A stretch of 64,000 bases of DNA, taken from the NCBI GenBank assembly GCA_012517255.1, contig JAAYVH010000313.1, positions 5,960 through 69,959 of the forward strand, in the 5' to 3' direction. Within the stretch, counting starts at the first letter, position 1, and the number at the start of each line of letters is the position of its first letter. Source of the DNA: Chthonomonadales bacterium. Its GTDB lineage: Bacteria; Armatimonadota; Chthonomonadetes; Chthonomonadales; CAJBBX01. Positions 49,137 to 59,579 of the stretch are shown here, one piece after another. Under the pieces are notes generated by a model that saw only the letters and a list, made by a program, of their open reading frames with translations, did no database searches and was not told the DNA's origin. The translations under genes and the position numbers were made by a program.

Positions 49137-49218
49137 CCGATCCATGCTTGAGGTGGTACCATGGTGAACGCGGCGTACAGCAGACAGGCTATACCAGGAA
49201 CGGGTGTGTGACATTGCA

Positions 49219-50226
49219 ATGATGGCGCATGCGGCGGTGGCCGTTGAACCCTGGCGGGTGGAGTGGCGCGAGATCGCCGTGCCGGATCCGGGCCCCGATG
49301 ACGTCGTGGTGGCCGTGACGCATTCGTGGATAAGCAACGGAACCGAGGGATCTTTCGTTCGTGGCGAGCGTATCGCGGGCGACACGCCCCGGAGCGAGAC
49401 AGATCCGTTGCCCTTCCCGCACGTGCCGGGCTATCAGAAGGTCGGTGTCGTCCAATGGGTGGGCGGCAACGTGCGGCATGTGTCGGTGGGCGATGTGGTG
49501 TTCGCGACGGTGTCGCGCGTCAGCGGCATGTTCTACGACCATGGCGGCCACGTCTCGCCGGCGGTCACGCATGAATCCCAGGTGTGGAATCTGCCCGACG
49601 GAGCGGAGCCGGTTGCCTTTGCCGGGCTTGTCCTGACGCAGGTTGGCTACAACGTCGGCGTGAGGCCATCCGTATCGGCTGGCGATGCCGCCGTGGTCAT
49701 CGGCGACGGCATGGTTGGCCACTGGTCGGCGCAGACGCTCCAGAGCCGCGGCGCCCGCGTCATGATGCTGGGCAGGCATGATGAGAGACTATCGCTCTTC
49801 GCGCTCAGGGCCGGCGACGCCGTGCTGAACATTTCGGAGGATCCGGACTGGCCTGATCACGTTCGGCGCTGGGCTGCCGACGGCGTTCAGGTGGTTGCCG
49901 ACACGGTTGGGAGCATCGCAACGATCGAATCCCTGTTGCCGATGATGCGCCACGAAGGTCACATCTCGTCGGCTGGCTTCTATGGCCATGGCGGACGCAT
50001 TGACATTCAGATGCTGCGGAACCGTGAGATCACGCTGCACGCCCCGGCGGGATGGTCCAAAGAGCGCATGGATGCGACGCTCGCCATGGTCAACGATGGA
50101 ACGCTGCAGACAACGCACTTGATCTCGCACAGGCTTCCGGCTCAGGAAGCGGCGCATGCCTTCGATCTCATCCTTCATCGGCGTGAGCCGGTGCTCGGCG
50201 TGGTGCTGGATTGGGTTGCACGATGA
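49219..50226 (+). CDS. Medium-chain (zinc-binding family) dehydrogenase
   Basis: 'ISNGTE', 'FPHVPGY', 'VGDVV', Rossmann 'VIGDGMVG'. Confidence 0.85.
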   Translation: MMAHAAVAVEPWRVEWREIAVPDPGPDDVVVAVTHSWISNGTEGSFVRGERIAGDTPRSETDPLPFPHVPGYQKVGVVQWVGGNVRHVSVGDVVFATVSRVSGMFYDHGGHVSPAVTHESQVWNLPDGAEPVAFAGLVLTQVGYNVGVRPSVSAGDAAVVIGDGMVGHWSAQTLQSRGARVMMLGRHDERLSLFALRAGDAVLNISEDPDWPDHVRRWAADGVQVVADTVGSIATIESLLPMMRHEGHISSAGFYGHGGRIDIQMLRNREITLHAPAGWSKERMDATLAMVNDGTLQTTHLISHRLPAQEAAHAFDLILHRREPVLGVVLDWVAR

Positions 50227-50263
50227 GGCGGCGCGGTCCAGATGTGAAGGATGGGAGCGACGA

Positions 50264-51229
50264 ATGAAGATCCTTCAGATCGGTCGGTATCCTGATGTCA
50301 CGTTGCTCGATGTTCCGGCGCCTGAAGCAGGTCCCGGGCAGGTGGTGATGCGCGTTCTCGGCGTGGCAACGTGTCCCCAGTGGGACCTGCACCTGCGACA
50401 CGATCAGCCGATGTTCGCCGGTCACAGCTTCGTCTATCCCTACACGCCGGGCCAGCCGGGACACGAGGCGACGGGCACGGTCGCAGCCGTCGGAGAAGGG
50501 GTGACGGATCTGAAGGTCGGCGACAGGGTCAGCGCCTGGCGGGATGCCGGACACGACCGATGGGGCTGCTACGCCGAGTATGTCCTCATGGATGCGGCCA
50601 ACGTGATTCGTGTTCCCGACGGGCTGCCGGTCGAGGCGACCGCATCGGTGGAGCTTGCCATGTGCGTCGGCGCGACTATGCTGCTCCTGCGGACCATGGG
50701 GGGCCTCGGGGGGGCGCGCGTCGGCATCAACGGCTTGGGTCCGGCCGGTCTCGTTGCGGCACAGATGGCTCGCGCCGAGGGAGCCTCGCGCGTCGTGGGT
50801 TTTGATCCGCATGCGGGGCGGCGTCGCCTTGCGGCGGAGCGCTGGCTGGACGAAGTCTACGATCCCACGAGCGACCTGGACGATATCATTCCCCTGCGGC
50901 ACGTCCGCCCTGCGCTCGATGTCATCGTGGACTGCGTCGGCGCGAAGCGTTCGGTAGAGTGGGCCATGGATCACGCCGCTTCCCGGGTAGCCCTCTTTGG
51001 CGTTCAGCGCGAGGACTACACCTATGCGCCGCGCCACTACGGCGGGCTGTCGCTCATCGGCTATCCCGGTCACTCGCGCGATGCCGCCGCGTACGCTGTT
51101 TCTCTGATCGCCGACGGCAGGCTCGATCTCGTGCCCCTTATCACCCATACGATGCCCCTCGCTGATTATCAGAGGGGAATAGACCTCCTCGAGGAACAGC
51201 AGGCGATCAAGGTGCTGTTCGTACCATAG
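50264..51229 (+). CDS. Zinc-binding alcohol dehydrogenase family protein
   Basis: 'TCPQWD', 'PGHEATG', 'VGDRV', 'GLGPAG', 'IKVLF'. Confidence 0.88.
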   Translation: MKILQIGRYPDVTLLDVPAPEAGPGQVVMRVLGVATCPQWDLHLRHDQPMFAGHSFVYPYTPGQPGHEATGTVAAVGEGVTDLKVGDRVSAWRDAGHDRWGCYAEYVLMDAANVIRVPDGLPVEATASVELAMCVGATMLLLRTMGGLGGARVGINGLGPAGLVAAQMARAEGASRVVGFDPHAGRRRLAAERWLDEVYDPTSDLDDIIPLRHVRPALDVIVDCVGAKRSVEWAMDHAASRVALFGVQREDYTYAPRHYGGLSLIGYPGHSRDAAAYAVSLIADGRLDLVPLITHTMPLADYQRGIDLLEEQQAIKVLFVP

Positions 51230-51318
51230 GTCGGTACCGAGGTTCCGAGCGCAGGTATACTGCCCACATCATCTAGCCGCGCGCCATCCTCGGGTTGGGC
51301 GCTGCGCAGGACGCTCAC

Positions 51319-53355
51319 GTGGCCGGGTTTCAGCTTCGCTCCGATTACACTCTCCAGGGTGATCAGCCGCAGGCGGTCGAGCGCCTGGTGGAGGGGCTCA
51401 ACGCCGGCCATCGGTTCCAGACGCTGCTCGGCGCAACGGGCACGGGCAAAACGTTCACCGTGGCGCATGTCATTCAGCGCGTGCAGCGGCCTGCCCTGGT
51501 GATCGCCCACAACAAGACGCTGGCAGCCCAGCTTTGCGGTGAGTTTCGCGAGTTCTTCCCCGACAATGCCGTCGAGTACTTCGTGTCGTATTACGACTAC
51601 TATCAGCCCGAAGCCTATATCCCTCAGACGGACACGTACATCGAGAAGGACGCTCAGATCAACGACGAGATTGATCGTCTCCGCCACTCCGCCACGCAGG
51701 CTGTTCTGGAGAGGCGCGATGTGATCGTGGTTGCCTCGGTGTCGTGCATCTACGGTCTCGGCTCGCCGGAGGAGTATGCGCGGATCATCTGCAACCTGCG
51801 CGTCGGCCAGACCATACGGCGCGAGGATGTGCTCCGCCGTCTCGTGGACATGCAGTTCACGCGGAATAACCTGGAGCTGCAGCGCGGCACTTTCCGTGTG
51901 CGAGGCGATGTGCTCGAGATCCAGCCCATTGACGAGGAGATCATCGTTCGCGCCGAGTTCTTCGGCGACGAGATCGAGCGCATCACGATCGTGAATCCCG
52001 TCACCGGCGAGATCGTGGGCCGCCGGGACGAGGTGACCGTGTTTCCGGCCAGCCATTTTGTGACCTCGGCGGAGCGTATGGAGCGCGCGTTGGCTCAGAT
52101 CGAAGAGGAAATGCGCGAGCAAGTCGACCGCTTTAACGCCGAAGGCAAGCTGCTGGAGGCGCAGAGGATCGAACAAAGGACCCGGTACGACCTGGAGATG
52201 ATGCGAGAGCTGGGCTACTGCTCCGGAATCGAAAACTACAGCCGGTACATGGATGGGCGCGAGCCGGGGACGCCTCCCTATACGCTCCTCGATTTCTTCC
52301 CCGAGGACTTCGTGGTCTTCGTGGATGAGTCCCATCAGACGATCCCGCAGCTCCGGGGCATGTATGCGGGCGACATGGCCCGCAAAGAGACGCTGGTCGA
52401 GTTTGGCTTTCGGCTGCCGTCCGCCAAGGACAACAGACCGCTGAAGTTCCCAGAGTGGCTCGACCGCGTGAAACAGGTCGTGTTCGTCTCGGCAACGCCA
52501 GCCGACTTCGAGCGCCAGAACAGCGCCCAGATCGTGGAGCAGATCATCCGACCTACGGGGCTTGTGGACCCCGAAGTGATCGTGCGACCCACGAAGGGCC
52601 AGATAGACGACCTGATCCACGAAATCAGGCTCAGGGCCGAACGCAAAGAGCGCGTGCTGGTCACGACGCTCACGCGGCGAATGGCCGAGGATCTGTCTGC
52701 CTATCTCGAGGAGCTTGGGATCAAGGTGAACTACCTCCACTTCGGCGTCAAGACCCTCGATCGTGCAGAGGTGCTTCGCGACCTGCGCGTCGGCGTGCAT
52801 GACGTGGTGGTGGGCGTCAATCTCCTGCGCGAGGGGCTGGACCTGCCTGAAGTGACCCTCGTAGCCATCCTTGATGCCGACAAGGAGGGCTTTCTGCGCT
52901 CGGAGACGTCGCTGGTTCAGACGATCGGGCGCGCGGCGCGGAATGTCAGCGGTCAGGTGATCATGTACGCCGACAACATCACGGGGTCCATGCAGCGGGC
53001 CATCGACGAGACCAATCGCCGCCGGGCCATCCAGATGCGCTACAACGAGGAACACGGAATCACGCCGCAGACCGTTCAGAAGGCCGTGCGCGACCTGATC
53101 GCGGCCGATCGCATTGGCGAGGAGCGCACGGCCTATCGCGCGCATCGCAACCTTGCCGATGTCGAGCGTATGCCGCTGGACCAGATCCATGAGCTTATCG
53201 CCCAACTGGAGCGACAGATGAAGGACGCTGCGCGCGCGCTGGAGTTCGAGCGAGCCGCTGAGCTGCGCGACGAGATATCGGAGCTTCGGAAGTTCGCGCC
53301 GTCCGAGAGCATCCTGGCCGCTGACAGGCCGTCCCGCCGAAAGGGTCGCCCATGA
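51319..53355 (+). CDS. uvrB: Excinuclease ABC subunit B
   Basis: 'GDQPQA', 'LGATGTGKT', '[10 protein letters not shown]', 'DESH', '[12 protein letters not shown]', 'QTIGRAARN', C-terminal UVR domain. Confidence 0.98.
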   Translation: MAGFQLRSDYTLQGDQPQAVERLVEGLNAGHRFQTLLGATGTGKTFTVAHVIQRVQRPALVIAHNKTLAAQLCGEFREFFPDNAVEYFVSYYDYYQPEAYIPQTDTYIEKDAQINDEIDRLRHSATQAVLERRDVIVVASVSCIYGLGSPEEYARIICNLRVGQTIRREDVLRRLVDMQFTRNNLELQRGTFRVRGDVLEIQPIDEEIIVRAEFFGDEIERITIVNPVTGEIVGRRDEVTVFPASHFVTSAERMERALAQIEEEMREQVDRFNAEGKLLEAQRIEQRTRYDLEMMRELGYCSGIENYSRYMDGREPGTPPYTLLDFFPEDFVVFVDESHQTIPQLRGMYAGDMARKETLVEFGFRLPSAKDNRPLKFPEWLDRVKQVVFVSATPADFERQNSAQIVEQIIRPTGLVDPEVIVRPTKGQIDDLIHEIRLRAERKERVLVTTLTRRMAEDLSAYLEELGIKVNYLHFGVKTLDRAEVLRDLRVGVHDVVVGVNLLREGLDLPEVTLVAILDADKEGFLRSETSLVQTIGRAARNVSGQVIMYADNITGSMQRAIDETNRRRAIQMRYNEEHGITPQTVQKAVRDLIAADRIGEERTAYRAHRNLADVERMPLDQIHELIAQLERQMKDAARALEFERAAELRDEISELRKFAPSESILAADRPSRRKGRP

Positions 53356-53789
53356 GCGCTAGAGGACGAGTGCTCGCGCTGGATCCCGGCAGCAAGCGGA
53401 TCGGCATGGCAGTGTCTGATGAGACGCGCACCATTGCCAGCCCTCTGAGGGTGTTCACGCGCCGGACGGGCGGTCTGCGCGAGGCCGTCGCCGCCGTGCA
53501 GCGGGCCATAGCCGATACAGACGCCGTCGAGGTCGTGGTGGGGTACCCGCTGACGCTCGACGGCGAAGTGGGCACGCAGGCGCGCAATGCAGCCGCCTTC
53601 GCCGAGGCGTTGCGCGCCCATGTACAGGTGCCCGTCGTGCTCCACGATGAGCGTCTGTCGAGCTTCGAAGCCGAACAGATGATGGACGAGGCGCGCGTGC
53701 GCAAGGCTGATCGCGAGAGCCGGCTCGATGCTGTTGCCGCGAGCCTCATCCTGCGCAGCTACCTTGACGCCGGGGAGGCGGCAGGCTGA
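53352..53789 (+). CDS. ruvX: RuvX/YqgF pre-16S rRNA nuclease
   Basis: '[16 protein letters not shown]', 'VVGYP', 'DERLSS', 'DAVAASLIL'. Confidence 0.95.
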   Translation: MSARGRVLALDPGSKRIGMAVSDETRTIASPLRVFTRRTGGLREAVAAVQRAIADTDAVEVVVGYPLTLDGEVGTQARNAAAFAEALRAHVQVPVVLHDERLSSFEAEQMMDEARVRKADRESRLDAVAASLILRSYLDAGEAAG

Positions 53790-54832
53790 TGGCATCGCGG
53801 CGCAGGATTCGCCGGTGGGTGATCTGGTACGCGCTGGTGGAGGCGCTGGTCATCGTCGCTGGTCTCATTGCATGGTTCTGGTTTCAGAAGCAACTGACGC
53901 CCGTGGGGCAGGGGCCCGCGAGGGTCGTCTGGATCGCCCGAGGATCCGAGATACGCGGCGTTTCCAGACGGCTCCGGGCTATGGGACTGATCCGCCATGC
54001 CGATGCCTTTCGCTGGTACGCGCGCTGGCGGGGCGACACCGAACGAATCAAAGCCGGACGTTACCGACTGTCGCCGACCATGACGGCCGGTCAGATACTG
54101 GACAGGCTGACATCTGGCAAGCAGGACACCGAAGGGCTGGTGGTGATCCCCGAGGGCTTCACGCTCCGTAGGATCGCCGAACGGCTCGTCGCGCGGGGCA
54201 TCCTCAGGGACGGCAAGGCCTTCCTCGACCTTGCCCGAAACCCGCAAGGGCGCATTCGCACGGGGTTTGCGGCGCCGGCCTCCGGCCTGGAGGGCTATCT
54301 GTTCCCGTCATCCTACGACATCGAACCCGGCACAAAGCCGGAGCGGATCATCCAGATGATGGTGGACCAGTTTGAGGAGCAGTTCGCCAGGCCCTACGCC
54401 GACGAGATCGCACGAAGGGGCCGGAACCTGCACGAGATCGTGACCATCGCCTCGATGATCGAGCGCGAGGCCGAGGTGGAGAAGGACAGACCGCTCATTG
54501 CCGGCGTGATCGAGAATCGCCTTCGCAAGGGCATGCGCCTGCAGATAGATGCCACGGTCCTGTATGCTCTGGGACAGCACAAGAGCCGGGTGCTCTACCG
54601 GGATCTGCAAGTGGCCTCGCCCTATAACACGTATCGCAATGCCGGACTGCCGCCCGGCCCCATCGCCAGCCCCGGGCTCCCGTCGCTGCTTGCGGCGCTC
54701 CGGCCCGCGACGCATGACTATCTGTTCTATGTCGCGCTCGGTGACGGGTCGCACGTGTTCACCCGGACCGAGGCGGAGCACAACCGCGAAGTGGCGCGCT
54801 ACCGAGCCCGGCAGCGGTCAGGCGGCAACTGA
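53789..54832 (+). CDS. mltG: Endolytic transglycosylase MltG (YceG)
   Basis: N-terminal TM, 'IPEGFT', 'LEGYLFP', 'IASMIERE', 'LQIDATV', 'SPYNTY...GLPPGPI'. Confidence 0.96.
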   Translation: MASRRRIRRWVIWYALVEALVIVAGLIAWFWFQKQLTPVGQGPARVVWIARGSEIRGVSRRLRAMGLIRHADAFRWYARWRGDTERIKAGRYRLSPTMTAGQILDRLTSGKQDTEGLVVIPEGFTLRRIAERLVARGILRDGKAFLDLARNPQGRIRTGFAAPASGLEGYLFPSSYDIEPGTKPERIIQMMVDQFEEQFARPYADEIARRGRNLHEIVTIASMIEREAEVEKDRPLIAGVIENRLRKGMRLQIDATVLYALGQHKSRVLYRDLQVASPYNTYRNAGLPPGPIASPGLPSLLAALRPATHDYLFYVALGDGSHVFTRTEAEHNREVARYRARQRSGGN

Positions 54833-54836
54833 CGCA

Positions 54837-55376
54837 GTGATCAGGCATACCGGACTGCCCAAGCGCGGGCTGCGGCTGTTCTGTCCCGACGTCTACTGCT
54901 CCACCGACGTCACCGCCATCTCGCCAGCGGAACTGCGCGAGGCCGGCATCAGAGCCGCGCTGCTCGACCTCGACAACACGCTGGTGGGCTGGCAGCGGAG
55001 CGATCTGTCCGATCGTGTGCTGGGCTGGCTCGATGCGCTGCGCGCCGCCGACATCCGGCTCTATCTCGTCAGCAACACCCGGTTCGGCCGTCGGCTTCAG
55101 AGGCTCTCCGAAGAGCTCGGGATGCCCTTCGTGCGTCGGGCGTGGAAGCCCCGACGGCGCGGTTTCCGGGCCGCGATGGAAGCCATGGAGGTTGGACCGG
55201 CCGAGACCGCCATGATTGGCGATCAGATGTTCACCGACGTGCTCGGCGGAAACCGGCTCGGTCTGTTGACCATCATGGTCCGGCCGATGGCGCGGCGGGA
55301 ATTCCTGGGAACCAAGATCAGCAGGGCTGCCGAAGCGGTTCTACTGGCGTGGTTTCGGCGCAGGGGATGGATTTGA
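54837..55376 (+). CDS. yqeG: YqeG family HAD IIIA phosphatase
   Basis: 'DLDNTL', 'VSN', 'AWKP', 'IGDQMFTDVLGGNR'. Confidence 0.92.
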   Translation: MIRHTGLPKRGLRLFCPDVYCSTDVTAISPAELREAGIRAALLDLDNTLVGWQRSDLSDRVLGWLDALRAADIRLYLVSNTRFGRRLQRLSEELGMPFVRRAWKPRRRGFRAAMEAMEVGPAETAMIGDQMFTDVLGGNRLGLLTIMVRPMARREFLGTKISRAAEAVLLAWFRRRGWI

Positions 55377-55427
55377 TTCGCAGCGCCCTGGCTGCGCACG
55401 GAACAAACGCCGGGCTGCCGTCGTCGC

Positions 55428-56315
55428 GTGTATAAGGTGGATTCTGTCTCGGTCACGATCTCGGCCCGCACACGGGCCCTATGCGTCCTCGGCTATCCGG
55501 TCGAGCACTCCGTCTCGCCTGAGATGCAGAATGCCGCGCTGCAAGGTGCCAGGTTGCCCTATGTCTACACTGCATACTCCGTCCCGCCCGATCGCCTCGA
55601 GCCGGCGTTGATGGGCCTGCAGGCTCTGGGCTTTGCTGGAGCCAACCTCACGATCCCCCACAAGGAACCGGCTGCGAAGCTGGTGGATGAGGTTTCCGAA
55701 GAGGCGCGAGCTCTCGGCGCCATCAACACCGTTCGGTTTCGGGACGACGTGATGGAAGGCCACAACACGGACGTGCATGGGTTTCTCGAACCGCTCCGGG
55801 GTCTGAAGACGGTCATCCAGGGGGCGCAGGCTACGGTCGTGGGAGCCGGAGGAGCGGCACGAGCGGTCGTATATGGCCTGCTTCGGTCCGGGGCTTCGGT
55901 TACGATTATCAATCGTACCGAGCAGCGCGCCCGGACGCTCGCGGAGCACATGATGCGAGCGACCGGCAGATCGGCGGTTGCGGCAGTGGCGGTCGGTTCG
56001 GATAGGGCCGAGGCCGCCGTGCGTGAATCGTCGATTCTGGTGAACGCCACGTCGGCGGGCATGCATCCCAGGGAAGATGAGTTGCCGGGCATTGAGCCGG
56101 AATGGCTCCACTCCGGAATGCTGGTCTACGACCTGATCTACAGGCCGCGACAGACGAAGCTTCTGGCACTCGCGGAACGCGCCGGCTGCCAGACGCTGAA
56201 CGGACTGCCGATGCTGGTGCATCAGGGCGCCCAATCGTTGCGACTCTGGTTGGGCATAGAGCCCGACGTTGAGCGCATGGCGGAAGCTGCGCGTCGCGCG
56301 CTGGAAGATTCTTAG
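55428..56315 (+). CDS. aroE: Shikimate dehydrogenase
   Basis: 'GYPVEHSVSP', 'GANLTIPHK', 'GAINT', 'NTD', 'GAGGAAR', 'DLIYRP', 'GLPMLVHQG'. Confidence 0.96.
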   Translation: MYKVDSVSVTISARTRALCVLGYPVEHSVSPEMQNAALQGARLPYVYTAYSVPPDRLEPALMGLQALGFAGANLTIPHKEPAAKLVDEVSEEARALGAINTVRFRDDVMEGHNTDVHGFLEPLRGLKTVIQGAQATVVGAGGAARAVVYGLLRSGASVTIINRTEQRARTLAEHMMRATGRSAVAAVAVGSDRAEAAVRESSILVNATSAGMHPREDELPGIEPEWLHSGMLVYDLIYRPRQTKLLALAERAGCQTLNGLPMLVHQGAQSLRLWLGIEPDVERMAEAARRALEDS

Positions 56316-56347
56316 CCGTGGCCGCTCTCGGCGTCGCATCCGGTCAG

Positions 56348-56376
56348 TTGCGGGGCGGCGGCTGGTGTGTTATAAT
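56348..56376 (+). promoter_or_regulatory. Sigma70 promoter of the type IV pilus operon
   Basis: TTGCGG-N17-TATAAT with extended -10 TG (TGTTATAAT). Confidence 0.65.
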
Positions 56377-56487
56377 CCGGGCAAGCCATGTCTCGGGCAT
56401 GGTACCGAACTGCCTGCATGCCGTATGCAGTAAGGACAACAGCCCTGTGCGGGCTGAATGAACTCCATAGGTCAGGGGGCGTCGCAA

Positions 56488-58284
56488 ATGGCCATAGCAC
56501 GGAAGAGTATGGGCGACTACCTTGTCGAGAAGGGGCTTATCACCCCAGAGCAGCTCCAGCAGGCTCGCGAGGCCCAGAAGCAGTCCCGGGCCGACCTGGG
56601 CAAGATACTCATCGAACAAGGGATCGCCTCGGAGCGGGACGTCACGGAAGCGCGTGCTCAGGAACTGAACATCCCGTTTGTTGACCTCAACAAGTTCGCC
56701 CCCGAACCCAGCGCTGTGAACGTGGTTCCCGAGCATGTCGCGCGACGCCACAACGTCATCCCCGTCAAGAAGGACCCGGCCACGAACACGCTGATCGTCG
56801 CGATGGCCGATGTGAATAACCCCTATGCCGCCGATGACCTCCGGCTTGTCTCGCGATGCACGATCCGTGCGGCGCTGGCTTCGCCGACCGCCATCGAAGA
56901 CGCCATCGCCCGGTCGTATGGGACAGGCGCCGCGGCTATCGCCCAGGCAGCCTCGGCCCCCAGCGATACGGCCTCGAAGACCCGGTCGCCGGCTCCTGTG
57001 AGCGGAATGGCGGATCTGTACGCCGAGATCCGAGAGAACATAGCCAAGAGCGGCTCGGTCGGAGAGACGGCAACCGAAGACGATGAAGATGCCGCTGTGG
57101 CCATGGCCGAGGAGGCGCCGGTCATTCGCGTCGCCAATGCTCTCATTCAGCAGGCCATCAAGGAAGACGCATCGGACATTCACATCGAGCCGCAGCGGCG
57201 CGGGGTACGGATCCGCTACCGGGTGGACGGCGTGCTGCACGAGACCATGACGATGCCGAAGTACATCCAGCCGCCGCTGATTTCCCGCTTCAAGATCATG
57301 GCTGAGATGAACATCGCCGAGCGGCGCATACCGCAGGACGGCCGCATTCCCATAACCTACGAGAAGAAGGACTACGACCTCCGCGTATCGTGTCTGCCCA
57401 ATGCCCACGGCGAGAAGATCGTCTGCAGAATCCTCGACAAGAGCAGCGTCCTCCTTGGGCTCAACAAGCTGGGGTTCTCGGCGGAGACGCAGGCTCAGCT
57501 CGAAGAGCTCGTCGGTCAGCCGCAGGGAATGGTGCTGTCGACGGGGCCGACCGGTTCCGGAAAGACGACGACGCAGTACTCGGTGCTGCACAAACTGAAC
57601 TCGGTTGAGGTGAACATCCTCACCATCGAGGACCCGATCGAATACCAGCTCTCGGGGATCACGCAGGTCCAGGTGAACAAGAAGGCCGGCCTGACATTCG
57701 GCAGCGCGCTGCGGTCGTTCCTCCGGCAAGACCCTGACATCATCATGGTCGGCGAGATGCGCGACCTCGAGACTGCCGAAATCGCCATTGAATCGGCCCT
57801 TACAGGCCACCTCGTGCTTTCGACGCTGCACACGAATGACGCTCCGTCCGCCGTCATCCGAATGGTGGACATGGGCGTGGAGCCCTACCTGATCTCGGCG
57901 ACGGTCATCGGCGTGCTCGCCCAGCGCCTGAGCCGAAAGATCTGCCAGCACTGCAAGGAGCCGTACGAGGAGAACGCAGGCTACCTGCGCAGATTCGGCT
58001 TCAAGCCGGAAAGCCCCGACCAGAAGGTTACGCTGTGGCGCGGTCGCGGTTGCGAAGCCTGCCGACAGACGGGGTTCCGCGGCCGACTGGGCATCTATTC
58101 GTTGCTCCGGATGAACGACGAGATCGCCGAACTGGTCGTCCGCCGGGCTCCCCTCGCCGACATCCGTGACGCAGCGAAGGCAAACGGAATGCTGGAACTG
58201 CGTGAAGACGGCCTCGTCAAAGTCCTTGAGGGGGTCACCACACCTGAAGAAGTCATGCGCGTCGTGTTCACGGCGGGCCACTAA
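56488..58284 (+). CDS. pilB: Type IV pilus assembly ATPase PilB (GspE family) with MshEN-like N-terminus
   Basis: 'ASDIHIEP', 'PQDGR', 'GPTGSGKTTT', 'LRQDPD', 'TGHLVLSTLHTN', CxxC...CxxC zinc site. Confidence 0.93.
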   Translation: MAIARKSMGDYLVEKGLITPEQLQQAREAQKQSRADLGKILIEQGIASERDVTEARAQELNIPFVDLNKFAPEPSAVNVVPEHVARRHNVIPVKKDPATNTLIVAMADVNNPYAADDLRLVSRCTIRAALASPTAIEDAIARSYGTGAAAIAQAASAPSDTASKTRSPAPVSGMADLYAEIRENIAKSGSVGETATEDDEDAAVAMAEEAPVIRVANALIQQAIKEDASDIHIEPQRRGVRIRYRVDGVLHETMTMPKYIQPPLISRFKIMAEMNIAERRIPQDGRIPITYEKKDYDLRVSCLPNAHGEKIVCRILDKSSVLLGLNKLGFSAETQAQLEELVGQPQGMVLSTGPTGSGKTTTQYSVLHKLNSVEVNILTIEDPIEYQLSGITQVQVNKKAGLTFGSALRSFLRQDPDIIMVGEMRDLETAEIAIESALTGHLVLSTLHTNDAPSAVIRMVDMGVEPYLISATVIGVLAQRLSRKICQHCKEPYEENAGYLRRFGFKPESPDQKVTLWRGRGCEACRQTGFRGRLGIYSLLRMNDEIAELVVRRAPLADIRDAAKANGMLELREDGLVKVLEGVTTPEEVMRVVFTAGH

Positions 58285-58298
58285 AGAGGAAGTTCGCA

Positions 58299-59501
58299 TT
58301 GTCTGAACAAACAATCCCTGTGCCCCAGGCCGGCACTGCAACCGTTGCCGCGCCGGTGCCGCAACCGGCCGCCCAGGCGCGCCCGAAGCCGCTCGAAGAG
58401 GCTCACGTTGATGACCTTCTGCGGATCGTTGTCGAGAAAGGCGGCTCGGACCTCCATCTGTCCGTGGGCGTGCCTCCGATCATCCGCGTGGACGGTCAGC
58501 TTCTGCCCACCAACTATGAGAAGGTAACGCCGCAGGAGTCGCAGCGCCTGGTGTACGACATCCTGACCGACGATCAGATCCAGCGATTTGAGACCACGTT
58601 CGAGCTCGACTTCTCGTACTCGCTGCAGAGACTGTCGCGCTTCCGCGTCAACATCTACCGGGATCGCGGCAACGTGGCCAGCGCATTCCGCGTCATCCCC
58701 TCGCGCATCCCGACGCTCCGCGATCTGAGCCTGCCGCCGGTGCTGGAGGAGCTCACGCGATTGCCGCGCGGTCTGATCCTCGTAACAGGTCCGACCGGTT
58801 CGGGTAAGTCCACCACGCTCGCTGCCATGATTAACCAGATCAACAACGAGCGGAGCGTGCATATCCTGACGATCGAGGACCCGATCGAGTATCTGCACTC
58901 GCATCGGTTCAGCATTATCAACCAGCGCGAGGTTGGGGGCGATACTCTCGCGTTCGCCAATGCGCTGCGAGCCGCTCTTCGCGAAGACCCCGACGTGATC
59001 CTCGTGGGTGAAATGCGAGACCTCGAGACGATGCAGATGGCGGTGTCGGCGGCTGAGACCGGCCACCTCGTGTTCGCCACGTTGCACACCAACAGCGCGG
59101 CCACCTCGGTCGAGCGCATCGTGGACTCGTTCCCTCCCGGTCAGCAAGAGCAGGTCCGCTTGCAGCTCTCGAACAACCTGCAGGCGATCCTCTGCCAGCA
59201 GCTGCTGCCAAGGGCTAACGGGCCCGGTCGAATCTGCGCCATGGAGATCATGACCGCCAGTCCGGCCATACGCAACCTGATCCGCGAGAACAAGGCGCAC
59301 CAGATTACGTCGATGATCCAGACGAGCGCCAACCTCGGCATGCAGACGATGGACCAGAGCCTGCGCGACCTGTATGTGCGCGGCTTGATTACGTACGAGC
59401 TGGCCATGGAGCGGGCCATGAACCCGCCGGAACTGGAGAAGATGATTCGCACGGCGACGATGGTGCCGCCGGGCACGCCCGGCGCATCGCGAGCGGTCTG
59501 A
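58299..59501 (+). CDS. pilT: Twitching motility retraction ATPase PilT
   Basis: 'SDLHL', 'GPTGSGKSTT', 'LREDPD', 'AETGHLV', 'AIRNLIRE', 'GMQTMD'. Confidence 0.96.
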   Translation: MSEQTIPVPQAGTATVAAPVPQPAAQARPKPLEEAHVDDLLRIVVEKGGSDLHLSVGVPPIIRVDGQLLPTNYEKVTPQESQRLVYDILTDDQIQRFETTFELDFSYSLQRLSRFRVNIYRDRGNVASAFRVIPSRIPTLRDLSLPPVLEELTRLPRGLILVTGPTGSGKSTTLAAMINQINNERSVHILTIEDPIEYLHSHRFSIINQREVGGDTLAFANALRAALREDPDVILVGEMRDLETMQMAVSAAETGHLVFATLHTNSAATSVERIVDSFPPGQQEQVRLQLSNNLQAILCQQLLPRANGPGRICAMEIMTASPAIRNLIRENKAHQITSMIQTSANLGMQTMDQSLRDLYVRGLITYELAMERAMNPPELEKMIRTATMVPPGTPGASRAV

Positions 59502-59579
59502 CGCTCGTATCGTCGGTGACGGTTTTGCAGCGCTGAGGAAGCGCGTAGCAGGCGGGAAGCCTGCCGGAGGGTTGAGATA

